Shown piece by piece: positions 62,244 through 64,000 of a stretch of DNA of 64,000 nucleotides (the first letter of the stretch is position 1; each line of letters starts with the position of its first letter). Location: contig CP075496.1 of NCBI GenBank assembly GCA_021613535.1, positions 13,268,001 through 13,332,000 on the forward strand, in the 5' to 3' direction. A program made the position numbers and the translations under genes. The notes beneath the pieces were generated by a model, which did not search any database, had not been told where the DNA came from, and saw only the letters and a list, made by a program, of their open reading frames with translations. The DNA comes from Adineta vaga (lineage: Eukaryota; Animalia; Rotifera).

Positions 62244-64000
62244 TCAAGGTTCGTTAATTGGATTCGTTAATGAAGCATCGATGGCTAAAAGAAGAAAAAG
62301 AAAGATTTTGTCATTGAATTGAATGAAAAATAAATAATCTTTGTTTTAGTTGTAAATGAACGTCACAATCTATGTTATTCTTGATTGAATGTATATTTAC
62401 ATGTTCTTGTCATGAAATTCTTATGTCTTCTTATTTTTTAATAGAATAACTACTTTACATTTGTATACGAAAGAAGTTTATCGTATTGAGCTTCTTAGAT
62501 ATGAACGAATAAGTCTTTCATATACTTGTAAAGCAATATCAGATACATACTACTTAATGTTCGATTAACTGTTTGTAATTGATCAACAAGTTGTTCTAAT
62601 TCGCGAACATTTGAATCACTATCATCAGTGATATTATTCGGTCTAAAATATTCGAAATAGAATATATAAAAGTATTAATGGAATGTTTTTACTTTAATTT
62701 TGCTAATATTCCCGATGAAAGTTGAATTAATTTAATTGCTAATCTTTGTCCATCATCACGTAATGACTCACAACGATCCTAAATAATCAAAAGTTTAGTT
62801 GTTCTATCGATGGAAAACTATTATTTTCTTACTCCTTCACTAAAAGTACTTCCATGCATTCGTTGATATTGTGCTTCATCAGTAACACTTGATGTCATTC
62901 CTTTTCGATATTTTGATGATTTGATTGTAGTTGGTGTTGTCATGGATTCTCCAAGTGGATTTGGACTTGCTGATGATGATCGATGATGTGATGAAGAAGA
63001 TATGGTTCTTGTTTTTGATAAATCTTGTTTTTGTATAGAAAGATGATTGTTATTATTTGAACGAGGATTTGAACGAATACTGAAAAGATCTTTTTTACTT
63101 GTACTACTTGCATTACTATGCCATGATGCACTCATTAGATCATTATGTTGTTCTGTTTTCTGTAATTGATGTCTTGTACGTTGTGCTAATTCTTCAATTT
63201 TAGCTTGTGCACGTGCACGACGTAATTCAACAGCTCGATTAGTTTGTCCAGTGGAATTATTTGTTGATGGTACTGATGGGGTTAGTTTTAATAATTGACG
63301 TGATGGTAATGTTCTTGATACAAGTGATTGCTGCTGCTGCTGCTGCTGTGGTTGTGTTTGTTGTACTGGTTTTGTTGTTGATGGAACAAGATTTGAACGT
63401 TGTCGACGTAGTGCAAATGATTTATTCATATAAACTTTAGTTAAACTTGGATGTGTTGATGAAATGTCTTCATTATCATCGAGATATTTGCTGTTTGTTG
63501 ATGAAGACATTGGTCGATTGTATTGCGTATTTGCTGGCATTGTTTGACGTATAGCAGCATTTCGTTGAAATGGTGATGAATGTGCTTGATCATTAATAGA
63601 TGAATGTGGTCGAAGAGATGTTTTAGATGATGGATATTCGGAATTTTGATGCGAAGATTTTAAGTTTGATGAAGATGATGCGGTTGCTGCTGTTGCTGTT
63701 GCTGTGGTGGTGGCTGTTTCGGATCAAGATACCGTGATTGTTGTAGTTTTGTATCCTGATTACGTGGTTGTTGTGGTTGCCGAAGACGAAATGAATATCT
63801 ATCTGTATCACTTTGATTTGAACGAGCAGAAGATGGAGTTGATGGTGGAGACTTTTTAGATGAAATTTCAAAATTAGTATCTTTTGTTGGTATAGCTGAA
63901 GTTGATAATTTTGATCTAAATCACATTTTTATACGATGAATATAGCGAATCAATATATAGTTCAAACTTACTTCCACTGTGCATCAAGTTTTCGTCGTGG
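62244..64000 (-). CDS. 3' part of a large S/Q-rich coiled-coil protein (possibly CEP170-like); apparent 1-nt frameshift near 63662
   Basis: MNKSFALRRQR and NRAVELRRARAQAKIEEL motifs, C-terminal helical exons (LRDDGQRLAIKLIQLSSGILAKL; VRELEQLVDQLQ). 5' end is outside the window and the family assignment is tentative. Confidence 0.55.

Noticed and set aside
62244-64000. Firm assignment as CEP170
   Set aside because: Only short LRRxR-type motifs support it, and the diagnostic N-terminal FHA domain would lie outside the window.

Overview
AT-rich, gene-dense animal genomic DNA with many ~45-65 nt GT-AG introns. Intron size, base composition, the single-exon 'ASIQRHILIF'-type GPCR and a recognisable CCCA...TGGG non-autonomous element suggest a bdelloid rotifer; this is inference. 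I reconstructed about 27 spliced genes by hand. Conserved genes: SPAG16, a FoxQ2-like factor, malectin, PDE6D, an SLC25 carrier, ZNF706, RPAP1, TXNDC17, CRP/MLP, La/SSB, DLK/LZK kinase, TCTP, taspase-1 and ACP6, plus two GPCRs. The best candidate for an undescribed system is 22689-23962. It fuses only the RNA-binding lobe of the Tpt1/KptA RNA 2'-phosphotransferase (no NAD+ lobe, catalytic His replaced by Tyr) to a BC-box-like segment and AMN1/FBXL-type leucine-rich repeats, which could make it an RNA-end-reading cullin-ligase adaptor. Other notable items: an intron-containing bacterial-type dynamin-like GTPase (HGT candidate); a large secreted alpha-2-macroglobulin/TEP without a thioester; a head-to-head pair of miniaturised CD2BP2 and eEF1B-delta paralogues; and a 16.5-22.6 kb turnover island with a fungal-like lipase, its microhomology-deleted copy, a MITE and decayed ORFs. 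Tightly spaced same-strand gene pairs suggest operons or trans-splicing, and one CCAAT 12-mer recurs in three divergent promoters. No rRNA, tRNA or CRISPR was recognised. Exon boundaries are manual and homologies are from memory, not database searches.
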